DNA from: Podarcis bocagei | Taxonomy: Eukaryota | NCBI GenBank assembly: GCA_964188305.1 | Contig: OZ076886.1 | Length of the DNA: 64,000 bases | Strand: one strand, 5' to 3' | Shown: positions 35,983-47,606 of the stretch, piece after piece | How the letters are laid out: every line of letters begins with the position of its first letter | How positions within the stretch are numbered: the stretch's first letter is position 1 | Translations under genes and position numbers: made by a program | The notes under the pieces: model-generated | Seen by the model: the letters and a program-made list of their open reading frames with translations, nothing else | Told to the model about the DNA's origin: nothing | The model's database searches: none

Positions 35983-37540
35983 TACATCCTTCTGCCTGTC
36001 CTGAATCTCCCACCCTTCAGCTTTGTTGGATGACTGTGGATTCTGGGATAGCAAATAGGTGAGCGCCGTCCCAAATAAAATAGTCCCTACGCATACAGAT
36101 TGAACATGCAAATGAAAAAACAAAACAAAACTGTTATAAGTTAGCCCTGTTCCCTGACATGTTTCTTTTGGATTTTGGCTTCATATCTCCCATATTCATA
36201 ACAATATTATGATTCAAACGCTATTGAAGGTTTTTGAGAAACCTGAGGGAAGGCAGCAGAAAACTTGCTATTCATCCATTTGCAGCCATCATCTACTGTA
36301 GAAGCCATTTTCCACTTGGTGAATCCACAATTCTGCTGGTATGGCAGCCTTAAGATAAACTGACAAATTATCTTTGTTAGCTATACTGTACTGAAACTTA
36401 AACCAGGCAGAGCCACTTACCTGTGCCTGGTGACCCAGCAATACCTGGTTAACTTGCTTGTTCCAGTGCTTGCGAAAGCAGCTGGAAAACTGCCATTGGT
36501 ACATAAGAAAAAGAAACACTGCTTCATGACCAATTAATTTCATGAAAGCAATGGTCCTGTGGCTGTGTATTCCTGTGCTCACTGGCATGTAAGATCAAAG
36601 CACAATCTAGATGTTAAATGCTTCCTGCTGAATGTTGCGTACATCCATTTTCCTAACCTACTGTTAAGTGTTTTTTTTATGATTTACGGAAATCAAACTG
36701 GCCACTTACGGAACAATCCAACAGATGTTCAACACAATTCAATACAGGTCCACTCATGCAGAGTTGGGCTCAGGTGTAAGTCATGCTGAGTTCAGTGGGA
36801 CCTCCGAGTTAGTATACGTAGGATTGAAGATTCAATCTCACTGAGGTTGCGCATTGAAGCCTGTGGAACAAAATACTATGGAGTCTACTTGTATCCTATT
36901 AAATTCAAAATAATGTTATGATCAGTTCAATTCCATGATGCCTTGTTAGACAAAATATGACTGTGGAGGCAGATAATAAAACATGCAGAGCTACTAAACA
37001 TCGATTATTTTGGTGGAATGAGTCATAACAAATTGCAAGGTTCTGAAACTTAGAAAATCTCTTTCCACCCCCCTTGCCAGCTTTCCAGACTCAGTGCTTT
37101 TAAACAGCTGGATCTCAGGCAGAAATTAAACTAATGACATTTTCCCTAGCATCTTATCTTCATGCCTAGAAAGGTTACACCTGCCGAATTTCTGTCTTTC
37201 AGGTGGCTGTTAAAGGCTCAGGAAACAAGTGCCAACCTGATTTACAAATTCTTCTACATATATATATAAGTATCTTCATTTGGATTTAAGCAGCCTAACA
37301 AAGCATATTTTTAAAACACGGCCACAGGATTGGGTCTTTTTAAAAAATTAAAGTTTCCTTATGCTAGGATCCTGAAGGAAACAAATGCTGCTTACATTTA
37401 ATATATTAGTGACTTTTTTCTGATACAGTGTTAAATTTGTTTTTATGTATATGTAACCCATCCTGGGATTATTAGTGAAGTGTAGGCCTATAAATTGAAT
37501 CAATCAAATCAAGCCATCAGTCACTGATATGAATTGATTC

Positions 37541-37790
37541 AGAAGAAGAAGAGTTTGGATTTGATATCCCGCTTTATCACTACCCAAAGGAGTCTCAAAG
37601 CGGCTAACATTCTCCTTTCCCTTCCTCCCCCACAACAAACACTCTGTGAGGTGAGTGAGGCTGAGAGACTTCAGAGAAGTGTGACTAGCCCAAGGTCACC
37701 CAGCAGCTGCATGTGGAGGAGCAGTGACACGAACCCAGTTCCCCAGATTACGAGTCCACCGCTCTTAATCACTACACCACACTGGCTCTC
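37541..37790 (-). mobile_element. tRNA/CORE-type SINE (Squam3-like)
   Basis: Minus-strand head gagccagtgtggtgtagtg..., CORE-like ctgggtgaccttgggctagtcac, (TTC)n tail. Confidence 0.8.
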
Positions 37791-39012
37791 GTTGGTGCGT
37801 TACAGTGCAATGAACACATTTTTATCCCATCCACGCTCTCAAGGAACTCAGGTTGGCAAACATTGTTCTCCAGCTTTTATGAAACAGCCTTGTGAGGTGG
37901 GTTAGGCTGAGAAAGAGTGATTGATCCCATATTAGGAATAGAGCAACTGGTCCGGTGAGTTCATGGCTGAGTGGACATTTGAATTAGGGTGTTTCTAGAC
38001 GTGCTATTCACTTTACGTTGTTCATATGCTGATTGCTACATCTGCATTTCCGAAGGATATGATCCGCAGTGGAATTCTATTCATGTCTATTCCGCAGCAA
38101 ATTCTTCAGTGGACTTCAGTGGAATTTACCGTTGGGTAAGTGAACATAGAGGCTGGATCTTGACATATTAAAGAAGCGATTCAGTTAAACGTATTATAAA
38201 CTTCATACAGGGAAATCCTGTTGGCAAAAGACAGGACTCCACAGCACCATCTGGTTTCACATTGTTATAACGCATATAAAGCACTTTATCTTTACGAATG
38301 TAGCCGAGTCCAGGGTTGCAGTTTTCATCAATAAAAATAGCTACTTTCATTAGTTATATCAAAAATCTGGTATATCATACTGTGCTACTTAACACTTTCC
38401 AGTGATTGTAACTGGTTGAACTGCTCTTGACATTTTCATAATGCTGGCCAAAGCATTTCACTGAGGTAGAATACCTCAGTAAAATATAACCTATCTAATT
38501 ATCTAATTAGCCTCTCATTTCTTGGTCTTCTTTTCCGTGTTTTCAACTGAATAACTCAGCACAGCAGTGAACTTGAACAGATGGGAATGTTTGTATATTT
38601 GTACTAGGGTGGGAGGGGGGAGAGTTACAAAAGGGAACTGTCTCTGGTACTGAACATGAGAAGCTATTTCCAGAGGAAGGTTTAGACTGAGAGCGTCAAG
38701 AGACAGCTAGCCTGATATTTTAACTACTAAGCTGTCTAAGGGTTGTCTGTAATGAGAACAGATGTGGAAACCAAAACAGCAGATTTTGGCCATATTGAAG
38801 CATGAGCACCAACAGCCATCTGGAAACCTCAATGAAGGGTAGAGAAAATATAATTCTCTGTCCACCCACAACATATTCAGTCAATTCCTAGGAATACCAT
38901 TCAAACAGACTTGAAATGGAGATTTCCCCACCACCACCTTTGCTACTTTTGTAGGACTTTTTATCTTTATGCCCCTTCGTTGGTCTTTATTTTGACTATT
39001 TAAAACATTTCT

Positions 39013-39402
39013 CTTTTTTATAATATTTTTATTAATTTTCTAATTTACATTTTCAAATATTCTTTTAAACAATTTTAAATCAATAACTTCCCTTCTTCTC
39101 CTTCTGTGGTTCAATTTGCATACCAAACATCCCTGAATATTTTACATACATATTTTACATAATCCAAACCATTCAATATTCCAGGGTTACATTCATCAAA
39201 ACTTACTTATCTTTAATTTATCTTAATGCTGCCAGCGTTTTCAAATGTACACAGTTTTCACCCATATATTCAATAAACATTTTCCAGTACTTCTTTAAAC
39301 ATGTGTTTTTCTTGTTCTCTTATTTTCTTGTTCTCTTATGTTACACCTGCAAACTGTACATATTCCATCAGTTTAAGTTGCCATTCTTCTTTGGTTGGGA
39401 CC
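39013..39402 (-). mobile_element. L1-clade 3' fragment
   Basis: Minus strand encodes VPTKEEWQLKLMEYVQFA, followed by an AT-rich UTR and A-tail. Confidence 0.7.
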
Positions 39403-39699
39403 AGAATATTTCTTAACTACCCTTCATCCAACAAATTCAGAAAGTGTGGATAAAGTTAATTCACACAGTATACAAGTACAATTGAAAACCAACTAGTAAG
39501 CAATACAAAATAAAAAAATGACAAAGCAAAATCTTTTTTTTTTTAAGGTAAGACAATTCCAAAAATTTACCTGTAACAGGAGTAGGGAACATTCTTCAAC
39601 CCAAGCACAATATTCCAGTCTGGGCAACCTTCCAGAGGCAGCATGTCAGTTGTGGGTGGGGCCAAAAGCAAAAGTGGGTGAGACAACAAATGTATCCCC

Positions 39700-40050
39700 C
39701 TGAAGGAGCATCTCCACCCCCATCGTTCTGCCCGGATACTGAGGTCCAGCGCTGAGGGCCTTCTGGTGGTTCCCTCACTGTGAGAAGTGATGTTACAGGG
39801 AACTAGGCAGAGGGCCTTCTTGGTAGTGGCACCTGCCCTGTGTAACGCCCTCCCATCAGATGTCAAAGAGAAAAACAACTGATGTTTAGAAGACATCTGA
39901 AGGCAGTGCTGTTTAGGGAAGTTTTTAATGACTGTTTTAATGTATTTTTAATCTCCTGTTGGAAGCCTCCCAGAGTGGCTGGGGAAACCCAGCCAGATGG
40001 GCGGGGGTATAAGTAATAAATTATTTTTATTATTATCATCATTATCATTA
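39700..40050 (+). mobile_element. L2 LINE 3' end, same family as 2200-2592
   Basis: Colinear homology with 2257-2592. Confidence 0.85.
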
Positions 40051-42462
40051 TTAATGTCCCTTTGCAAAGCTAATTTCTGCACATCCTCCTCCATACTCCA
40101 TGTAGAGAGGCAAGAGGCATTATTGGAGTCCAAGGACACATTCCAGCCAAGCAAAAACACTGAAGGAGGGCGTGGATAAGGGTCATTGTGGGGAGAACCT
40201 CAAGGTCCAGAGAGAGAGAGAGAGGCTTGGAGTCCCTAATCAACCCCAAGGCATGAGGGTCATCACTCCTGAACTAAGATGCCCAGATTAATAGGAAGGT
40301 TGTCATCAAAAAGCTGGTAATGTTGGTGCCAGGTGAGCCTCCTGAGGGAGGTCACACCATACTCATTGGGTGGGAGTCAACTATTTTTTTTATGATCAAG
40401 CTTACCACAGTTTACTAGATCCCATTTCCCTGGCATGTTGAGCACTCACCTTTCCTACACAGATATTGAATATATTGCTTGATGACCCAGGTGTCCTAGA
40501 CACTAAGCGAAGGCCTTTTTATTTGCCCAGCTTTTTGACATTCAGTAAATTTTAAGATTTATAAACCATTTTCAGTTTTATTATTGGTTTGGGATGTTTG
40601 TAAGGTTGGTATTTTCAGTTAATGCATTTTCATGTTTCTTTAGTCTTGTTTTAACCTGTGTAGGCTACCTTGATTTTTTTAAAAAATAGAAATTGGGTGC
40701 ACATTTGTTTTTTTTAAATGCTGCTTTGCTCCACTCAAGACTAAATGATCTGCCTCTCTCTCTCCTTGTGGTTCTATGAAAATATTGTGTGCACACTATT
40801 CACAACATTTGAGGAGAACCATCCAAACTGCCCTTCCTGGAGTCTGGACAGAGATGTCCCTTCATCTAGCTCTGCTGCCTAAACTGGCTTCCCAGTGGAT
40901 ACTGCTGACACTTTGCTTTTGCAAAGCATTCCCTTCCGCCCACTGAACATGTGATGGAGAGAATGTGCTGCAGCAGCACCCCTGCTGGAAGCAGCCATGA
41001 GAAGAACCTGAAATGGAACCTTCTGGAGGTGGGCAGGGCTGAGCTGGCCTGAGATCTGTTGCATCTCAAGCCAGTTCCACCAGGATTGTGTGGCAGTATC
41101 ATGCTACATCTAGGCCTCATCTCCATGCCAGCTCCAGGTTGGCCCAGCAATTGTCCTCACCCCCCCCCCTTCTCCCCCAGCTGTCATGTGCAGCTGTGAT
41201 GAGGATGCAGCTGCTCCCCAAAGCCCTGCAGATCTGCAGCTGGAGCTTGTTGTGCCCCCTAAAACAAACTGGCCAGTGCAATGCCATGGTTGACGGCTGG
41301 TACTCTCTGGTACTGGCAACTACGTGCTGTTTACATACAAGGTTCTCTGAGCAGCAAGGAATGCAGACATTTAAAGACAACAACAACCATGAAAACTATA
41401 TCCATTTACCCAGAGATCAACGAGGCAAGAAAGTGAAAGTGCTATGAACACTACAACGGAAATTACAATTACTATAGAAATGATAAAAGCTTATGATAGT
41501 GGCTGTGAATAAAGGAACTTTGGCAATCATTCCATGTGCCCAAGGAGATATTTGCCCTTGACCTTCTTGAGCAGCAGCCTCTACAGACCACATGGAAAAC
41601 CAGTTTGGGGATGGAGGGTGCTTTCAAAATCAGGTTTTGCGATATGGCATGGAAGTTTGGATAAACACCTTTTTGTGCATCCCGGAGACCCTTGTTTACT
41701 TACCCATACTCATCTTTTTACCCACCATTCTAGCTGACAACAGGCCTCCGAGGAGCTGCTGTGAGAGTTCCCTCTTTTCCCATGTTTATCAATGTATACG
41801 AAGAGAGTAAAAAGAGTCACAGCAACACACTGCTGGTTCCACTGAAACGCTCAGGGGCTGATGCAGTACAGTCTTCAAGATACAGTGCCAAATTGCTTCT
41901 AACTCAACCAGTTCTGGCTTGGCGGTCACTTTTGGATTTTTTTTATGTGTTGCCCTCTTTTGTGACACACCCTTAAAACATTTTAAAGCACTCTGCAATT
42001 TAGAGCACTTTAAAAGGTACTGTGAAATCTGCCCCCTCCCACTGAGATAAGAAAAAAATTGCCATTTTGTTCTCAAGAAGCAAAAAAAAGCTGGTGGCTG
42101 GAAAGCCTTTTCTTCCTGCTTTGAAAAGAACTGTGTGAGGCAGGAAAATGTGCACATTTTCAACAACAGAAACTGGCCCACAAAAAGTAATGTCTCAGCA
42201 CTGTCCCCATGATTAGCAGTTATCACAAAACCTCGTGGTTGTTCAGCCTGGAAGCCCAAACGCCAACATTTTTAACCAGGGACCCTTCAAATCTTGAGTA
42301 AACTCTTTAAAGCTTACTGTATATAGTAGACTCTTCATGACTCCTTTCTAGGCATCACATTTTTTGACTATATACAGAATACATATGCTGTTTTCAGAGA
42401 GCTTAACTGGCCAGTCTCATCCATCAATATAGAGAGCTCAGAATCAAGAAGAAGCACAGCAA

Positions 42463-42752
42463 GAAGGAGGAGGAGGAGGAGGAGGAGGAGGAGGAGGAGG
42501 AGGAGGAGGAGGAGTTTGGATTTGATATCCCACTTTATCACTCCCCTTCAGGAGTCTCAAAGCGGCTAACATTCTCCCTTCCCTTCCTCCCCCACAACAA
42601 ACACTCTGTGAGGTGAGTGGGTCTGAGAGACTTCAGAGAAGTGTGACTAGCCCAAGGTCACCCAGCAGCTGCATGTGGAGAAGCGGAGATGCGAACCCAG
42701 TTCACCAGATTACTAGTCTACCACTCTTAACCACTACCCCACACTGGCTCTC
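42463..42752 (-). mobile_element. tRNA/CORE-type SINE (Squam3-like) with expanded (GGA)n tail
   Basis: Near-identical to 37541-37790; the tail has expanded into a microsatellite at ~42465-42514. Confidence 0.82.
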
Positions 42753-43173
42753 AAGCAGTGGATGGAGAGCCAGGATCGGCTGACCACCTGTAGGCAATTC
42801 TTCTGGCATAGCAAGCCATGTCTGTTTATAAAGCATAAGAACCGCAAGAGTCCGTTACAAGGTGTTAGGTGGCTTTCCTCAGCAACAAGTGTCTCTAATC
42901 TATACAGGCCCATCTCAATAAACAAAACAGTTCCTTTAGAGAGGAGCTGGGAAGAGCAGGGGGTGGGACCCCATTCACAATGGTTCAGGGTAGGGTATGG
43001 GACAGCCTGGGTAAGGGGCACATGGCACAGGTTAGTGACTGTGCTGTGTGCTAGCCCCTCCTCCAACCTGGGGAATTGATGCTGGTCTGTGACCGTATTA
43101 ATAAATTCATTCATTCATTCAACCTGGGGAATTGTGGTTGTCTTTTATCAGCCAGGTGTTTTATCAGCCAGGG

Positions 43174-43345
43174 TCTGTGGCTGCTGTGGCTGAATGCCAG
43201 GTTGGCTCTGAGTAAGATCTCTCTCATCCGCTAATTGTGGATGAGGAGGCCGATTTGGTCTGCATCACCGAGACCTGGATGGGTGAGCAGGGTGGAGTTG
43301 GTCTCACCCAGCTGTGTCCACCTGGGTACTTGGTGCAGTATCAGG
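43174..43345 (+). mobile_element. LINE (L2-like) APE endonuclease fragment
   Basis: Translates with one frameshift to LLWLNAR...KISLI / LIVDEEADLVCITETW...CPPGY, the N-terminal APE motifs. Confidence 0.72.
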
Positions 43346-43927
43346 ATAGACTTGAGAGTCAGAGAGTTGCTGTGGTCTACAGAAATTCCTCCCCTCTGTA
43401 ATATGACAACGTTTACCGATGTAATATAAAAATGTTAAAAAATAAATAAAATGCAAATTAAAAAGAAAAAAGAAATTCCTTCCCCTCTCTCTAGGATCTC
43501 TGTCCAGTTGTTGAGGGGGCAGGGGAATCTAGTGTGTATATTCCCTTCACAAAGCTAATTTGCATAGTGAACAGCATTCAGAAGCAATATAGCTGTTTTT
43601 AATATTTTGGTTTCAACAGGAAAGTTCCATTAATTCCAACAAGAGATATCTGAGCATGCTTTGGTACACTTAAATTCAGCTTGCCTCTTACCTGATCTAT
43701 TCCCCTTCATTGCAATAATGAAGAAATGGAATCAACTGTCACAAGCTCTTTTTAAATGCAGCTTTTATTAAGGGGCTAGAGAAGCATCCCATTACACAGT
43801 CCTTCCTGGGATGATCTTTAGAGATTCTGCTGGTTATCTTATTTGGAGGGCTTTAATTTTTTTAATAACTAAGTTGCAACATTTCTAAACATTGCAATTT
43901 CCTTTAACTCGTGGACTTAGCTCATGG

Positions 43928-44110
43928 TGAAAGGCCATAGATCAGCAGTAGAGTATTTTCTTTCCATGCAGAAGGTTCCAGGTTCAATTCCTGGCATCTC
44001 TGGGGAAAGCTGAGAGTGTCCTGTCTGAAACTTTGATAGCTGCTGCCGGAGTAGTCCGGGCTGAACTAGATGGACCAATGGCCTTGACTCAGCATGAGAG
44101 AGTGTCCTAT
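43928..44110 (+). mobile_element. tRNA-derived SINE, degenerate
   Basis: Homologous to the 28644 and 46608 copies. Confidence 0.7.
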
Positions 44111-45065
44111 AGCCCTATGGTGAAAATGAGACAATTATTTCAACACATAAATCTATTGGTCTGATCCTGTGTGTTACATATTCAAGCTAGCTTTTAAAAC
44201 AGATGCAAATGTGGAAAATCAGCTTTCCATTCTTTGTTTTTAAAAAAGAATGAAGTGAGAATCAATAAATTGTCATATACAGTAGTATTTCTGTTTTAGA
44301 TCATGGCAAAAGTGTTGCACAGGTTATTCCCCAATAACTACTTCAATCCTTCAGGATAGAAACAGCTGACCAGACTACTCTTACCTCTAAAAAGCAGGCA
44401 ATGAGGAGGCCCAAGCATCACACTGAGTGCATTCATTCCATAATCTGGGTGGCACAATCAAAATGATCTTCTCTCTTGTTCTCACCACCAACACCTCTGT
44501 CAGTGGTGGTGGACCATGAGAAAGGGCCTCAGAAACTACACAAAGTTATTGAACAGGGTTAATCTAAGAGGGGCTGTTTCTGAAATACCACAGCCCACTT
44601 CTGGCAGGTTGGCTAACCTGTGGCCCTGCAGAAGTTGCTGGATTCAAACTCCTTTCAGCCCTAGCCACCATGTCATAAGGTCAGGGAACTGTAGTCCAAC
44701 AACATCTGGAGATGTTTAGGGATTTCAAAACCAAAGCTAATGAAGTAAATGCTTAAGGAAAGTTAAGTGTGAATATTCTGAGGCAGAACAGGTAATTTCA
44801 TAAATTAATGCAGTTTGTAATCAGTTTGTAATAGGAAATTCAGTTTGTAATAGGAAATTCGAATCAAGTAAAGTGCAAATACAAATGTAGATATGGGGCA
44901 GAATCTAAAACAGGGACTGGAAATATTTAAATGATCATGTATTCTATCTTACGTGAATTAACTTTTCTTCAGAGCTTTAGCGCTCTCTTCCTTTCTTCTG
45001 TTTTCAAGGTTTGGCTCTCTTTTAAGAATTAAAGTTTTCCAAATTGCAAATTTGTGTTTCCCATA

Positions 45066-45286
45066 CAGTGGTACCTCGGGTTAAGTACTTAATTCGTTCC
45101 GGAGGTCCGTATTTAACCTGAAACTGTTCTTAACCTGAAGCACCACTTTAGCTAATGGGGCCTCCTGCTGCTGCCACGCCGCCAGAGCACAATTTCTCAT
45201 CCTGAAGCAAAATTCTTAACCTGAAGCACTATTTTCGGGTTAGTGGAGTCTGTAACCTGAAGTGTATGCAACCCGAGGTACCACTG
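45066..45286. mobile_element. MITE family A, copy 7
   Basis: Same TIRs and TA TSD. Confidence 0.9.
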
Positions 45287-46360
45287 TATTTTTAAAAAGT
45301 CTGATAAACATTGAAGTAGCAAAGATCAAGAAAGAAGGGGTGGGAGGATAGCTGTAGAAACAGAGGGATCAAGCAGAGTCATGGGGGGGGCATGGTTTAA
45401 AATGCCGAAACTCTTCCATTACATGTATTTGCATTTTTATGACACCCAGAGCTTTACGCACACTCCTCTGGGTTCTGTTTTTCTTCCTTGGGGTGGAGGA
45501 ATAATGTCAGGAATTCCACTCTGTTGCTCCTCAGAAATGTGCCCCATCGAGAAGAGAGGCAGAGGCCTCACAGGATCCTCTCATTTAGATTTGCTTGAGG
45601 GGTAGAATAGCAGCCTCCTGCTTGCACCCCAGAGGAAGAATCCATTCAGGATTCAAGTGGCACACTTCCCAATGGCGTGTTCTAAATGAATATACTCAAG
45701 AATGTCCCCTCGGTGCTTGAAGAAAGGCAGCAGCCAAGCTGAAGTGTTCAAAACAGCGCTGCATTTCAAGACATGTGTGATGTTCCGGGATGTTTTATCT
45801 CGATATTGTGAGGAACGCTGTAAAAAACAACAACAGTGACTCTTTAATGAGGTTTTAGTTTCCATAAAGAGGAGCACATAATTAGAGGACTTTTAAGGCT
45901 CTAATTGGTGTGCTGCCAAAGAAGCATGCCATTGCCCAACACCTGTAAGTCACACTGTGCTAATCCTCATGCTGATCTCTGCCAGTCCAAAGAGTAGCAC
46001 ATCATTGCAGCCATAAAACCCTCAGACGACTTGGCTGTAGTTATCTCTTTGGCTTGCTTTCTACCCACTTCCTTATGCAGCCTAGTCCTCTGCATGTCAG
46101 CTTCCAGTGAAGCAAATCCCATTGGTGATCAATGAATGGCGCCGACTCCTAGATTAAGGAGACAACCCCATTTACCCAGGTGCAAGCCCAGCTGAATTCA
46201 GTAAGACCTGCTTCTCATGGTAGGCATGGTTAGGGTTGCACTGTACATTTGCTGAGGATGTGTACAAACCTAGCGCATACATGCTGGAAAGAAATCTAAT
46301 TTAGCTTAACTGAGAGAAAAATACTGCATACATGGTGTAGTAAACAAGTATTATCTGTGT

Positions 46361-46398
46361 GTATCTGAAGAAGTGTGCATGCACACGAAAGCTTATAC
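46361..46398 (+). ncRNA. Minimal type I hammerhead ribozyme motif
   Basis: Stem I gtat/atac, core CTGAAGA, an extra A, stem II gtgtgc-at-gcacac, GAAA, palindromic stem III (AGCT), predicted cleavage between 46394 and 46395. Confidence 0.65.
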
Positions 46399-46436
46399 CA
46401 AGAACTAACTTAGTTGGTCTTTAAGGTGCTACAGGA
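46361..46436 (+). mobile_element. Penelope-like element terminal repeat
   Basis: Hammerhead motif followed by ttagttggtctttaaggtgctacagg, resembling recalled reptile Penelope termini. Confidence 0.7.
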
Positions 46437-46607
46437 AGGAATTTTTTTTATTTTAAGTATTATCTGCATCCACTGCTCCCTCTATTGCTTTCCCCATTGC
46501 TTATTTCAGACTGTAAACTCCTTGGAGGCAGGGGTTTATTTTTGCTTATGCCACTTGCACTCACGGACTGTGCTGTCACCCCTACTGGGGCTTACTCCCA
46601 AGTAAGA

Positions 46608-46762
46608 AGGGAAGGGCCATAGCTTAGTGGTAGAGGGTCCGCCTTGCAAGCAAAAGGTCCCGGGTTCAATCCCAGGCCTCTCCAGGTAGCTGCTGCCAGT
46701 CAGTGTAGGCTTTACTGAGCTAGACGGGCCAGTGCTCTGACTCGGTATAAGGCGGCTTCTAA
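46608..46762 (+). mobile_element. tRNA-derived SINE abutting the SYNPR CpG island
   Basis: A box tagcttagtgg, B box ggttcaatccc, family body and tail. Confidence 0.8.
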
Positions 46763-47382
46763 GGAGACGTAGGATCGGGCTACGAGTCCCCCATCGCGCG
46801 GGAGAGGGAGGGCGCAGCTCTTCCCTCGGCGGGAAGACGCCGACTGAGGCGAGCGCGCCGCTATTCGCAGGGACGCTGCGCGGGGAAAAAACGCGCCGGA
46901 GTGGCCGCGCGTCCCCTCTCTTCAAAAAGTCCTCCTCCTGTTCTTATTTCTGCCTCCGCTTCGACATGCTGAGGAAGCGCGCCAGCACCGTCCAGAGGTT
47001 TGTGAGGGGAGAAGCGCTCAGCCCGTGAGAAGGCGAAGCGTCCCCTCCTCTCTCAAGCAGCGGCCCGGCCACCTCGCACTCGCTTCTTCAGGCGACTAGA
47101 GCGCGGCAGAGCGGCGAGCCGGGGCAGCCCACCCCTCCTCCTCCTCCTCCTCCTCCTCTCCTTCCCTCCGCCCAGCGCGCTCGGCTCGGGCGTGGATGTT
47201 CGCTGGGAGCTCAGCTCTTCTGGGTTTTTTCCCCCCGCCCGCCTCGCTCGCTCCAACCCGGGCTCCTCGGCTGCCTTGCTCGGCGCGCGCAAGCCGCCCA
47301 GAGCCTCTCCAGGGCGCTCCTTGCACCTGGACGCCGCCTCCTCCGGGGAAGCTGAAGTTTGCGCGCCAAAAGCCGGGCAGCG

Positions 47383-47400
47383 ATGGAACCCGTTAACCAG
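47383..47400 (+). CDS. SYNPR: Synaptoporin coding exon 1 (MEPVNQ)
   Basis: ATG in strong Kozak context (gcgATGg) inside a CpG island, six codons, then donor CAG|gtaagg. Matches the recalled synaptoporin N-terminus MDPVSQ. Confidence 0.92.
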
Positions 47401-47540
47401 GTAAGGGCGCCCGAGGGAGGGAGGGAGGGAGGCAGGGGAAAGCGCGCGCGCGCTGGGAGGCTTCGCCGCGGGGGTTGGCATCCCTACCCTGCCCTGACTC
47501 TGCCCTCACTGGCTTTTCTCTCTCTCCCCCCCCCCACTAG

Positions 47541-47606
47541 CTCGCCTCCAAGGGAACCTTCCGGGCGCTGAAGGAGCCCCTGGCTTTCCTGAGGGTGCTG
47601 GAGTGG
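47541..47606 (+). CDS. SYNPR: Synaptoporin coding exon 2 (LASKGTFRALKEPLAFLRVLEW), start of the MARVEL domain
   Basis: Pyrimidine tract plus tag| acceptor, 66 nt, phase 0-0, donor TGG|gtaagt. Peptide matches recalled SYNPR LASAGTFRVLKEPLAFLRALEL. No exon 3 (LFAIFAFATCGG-like) was found downstream in the window, consistent with a long intron 2. Confidence 0.93.

Noticed and set aside
46608-46684. Functional tRNA gene (also 28644 and 56707)
   Set aside because: Stems are imperfect and each continues into a shared SINE body; these are SINE heads.
47053-47481. 142-aa minus-strand ORF and other ORFs over the CpG island
   Set aside because: Low-complexity products of GC-rich sequence overlapping the real SYNPR exons.
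46975-47606. REST/RE1 sites near the promoter (cagcaccgtcc; ttcagcgcccggaagg in exon 2), also gagcaccatggag near 63466
   Set aside because: Only half-sites, wrong spacing or several mismatches; not supportable without a PWM scan or ChIP data.
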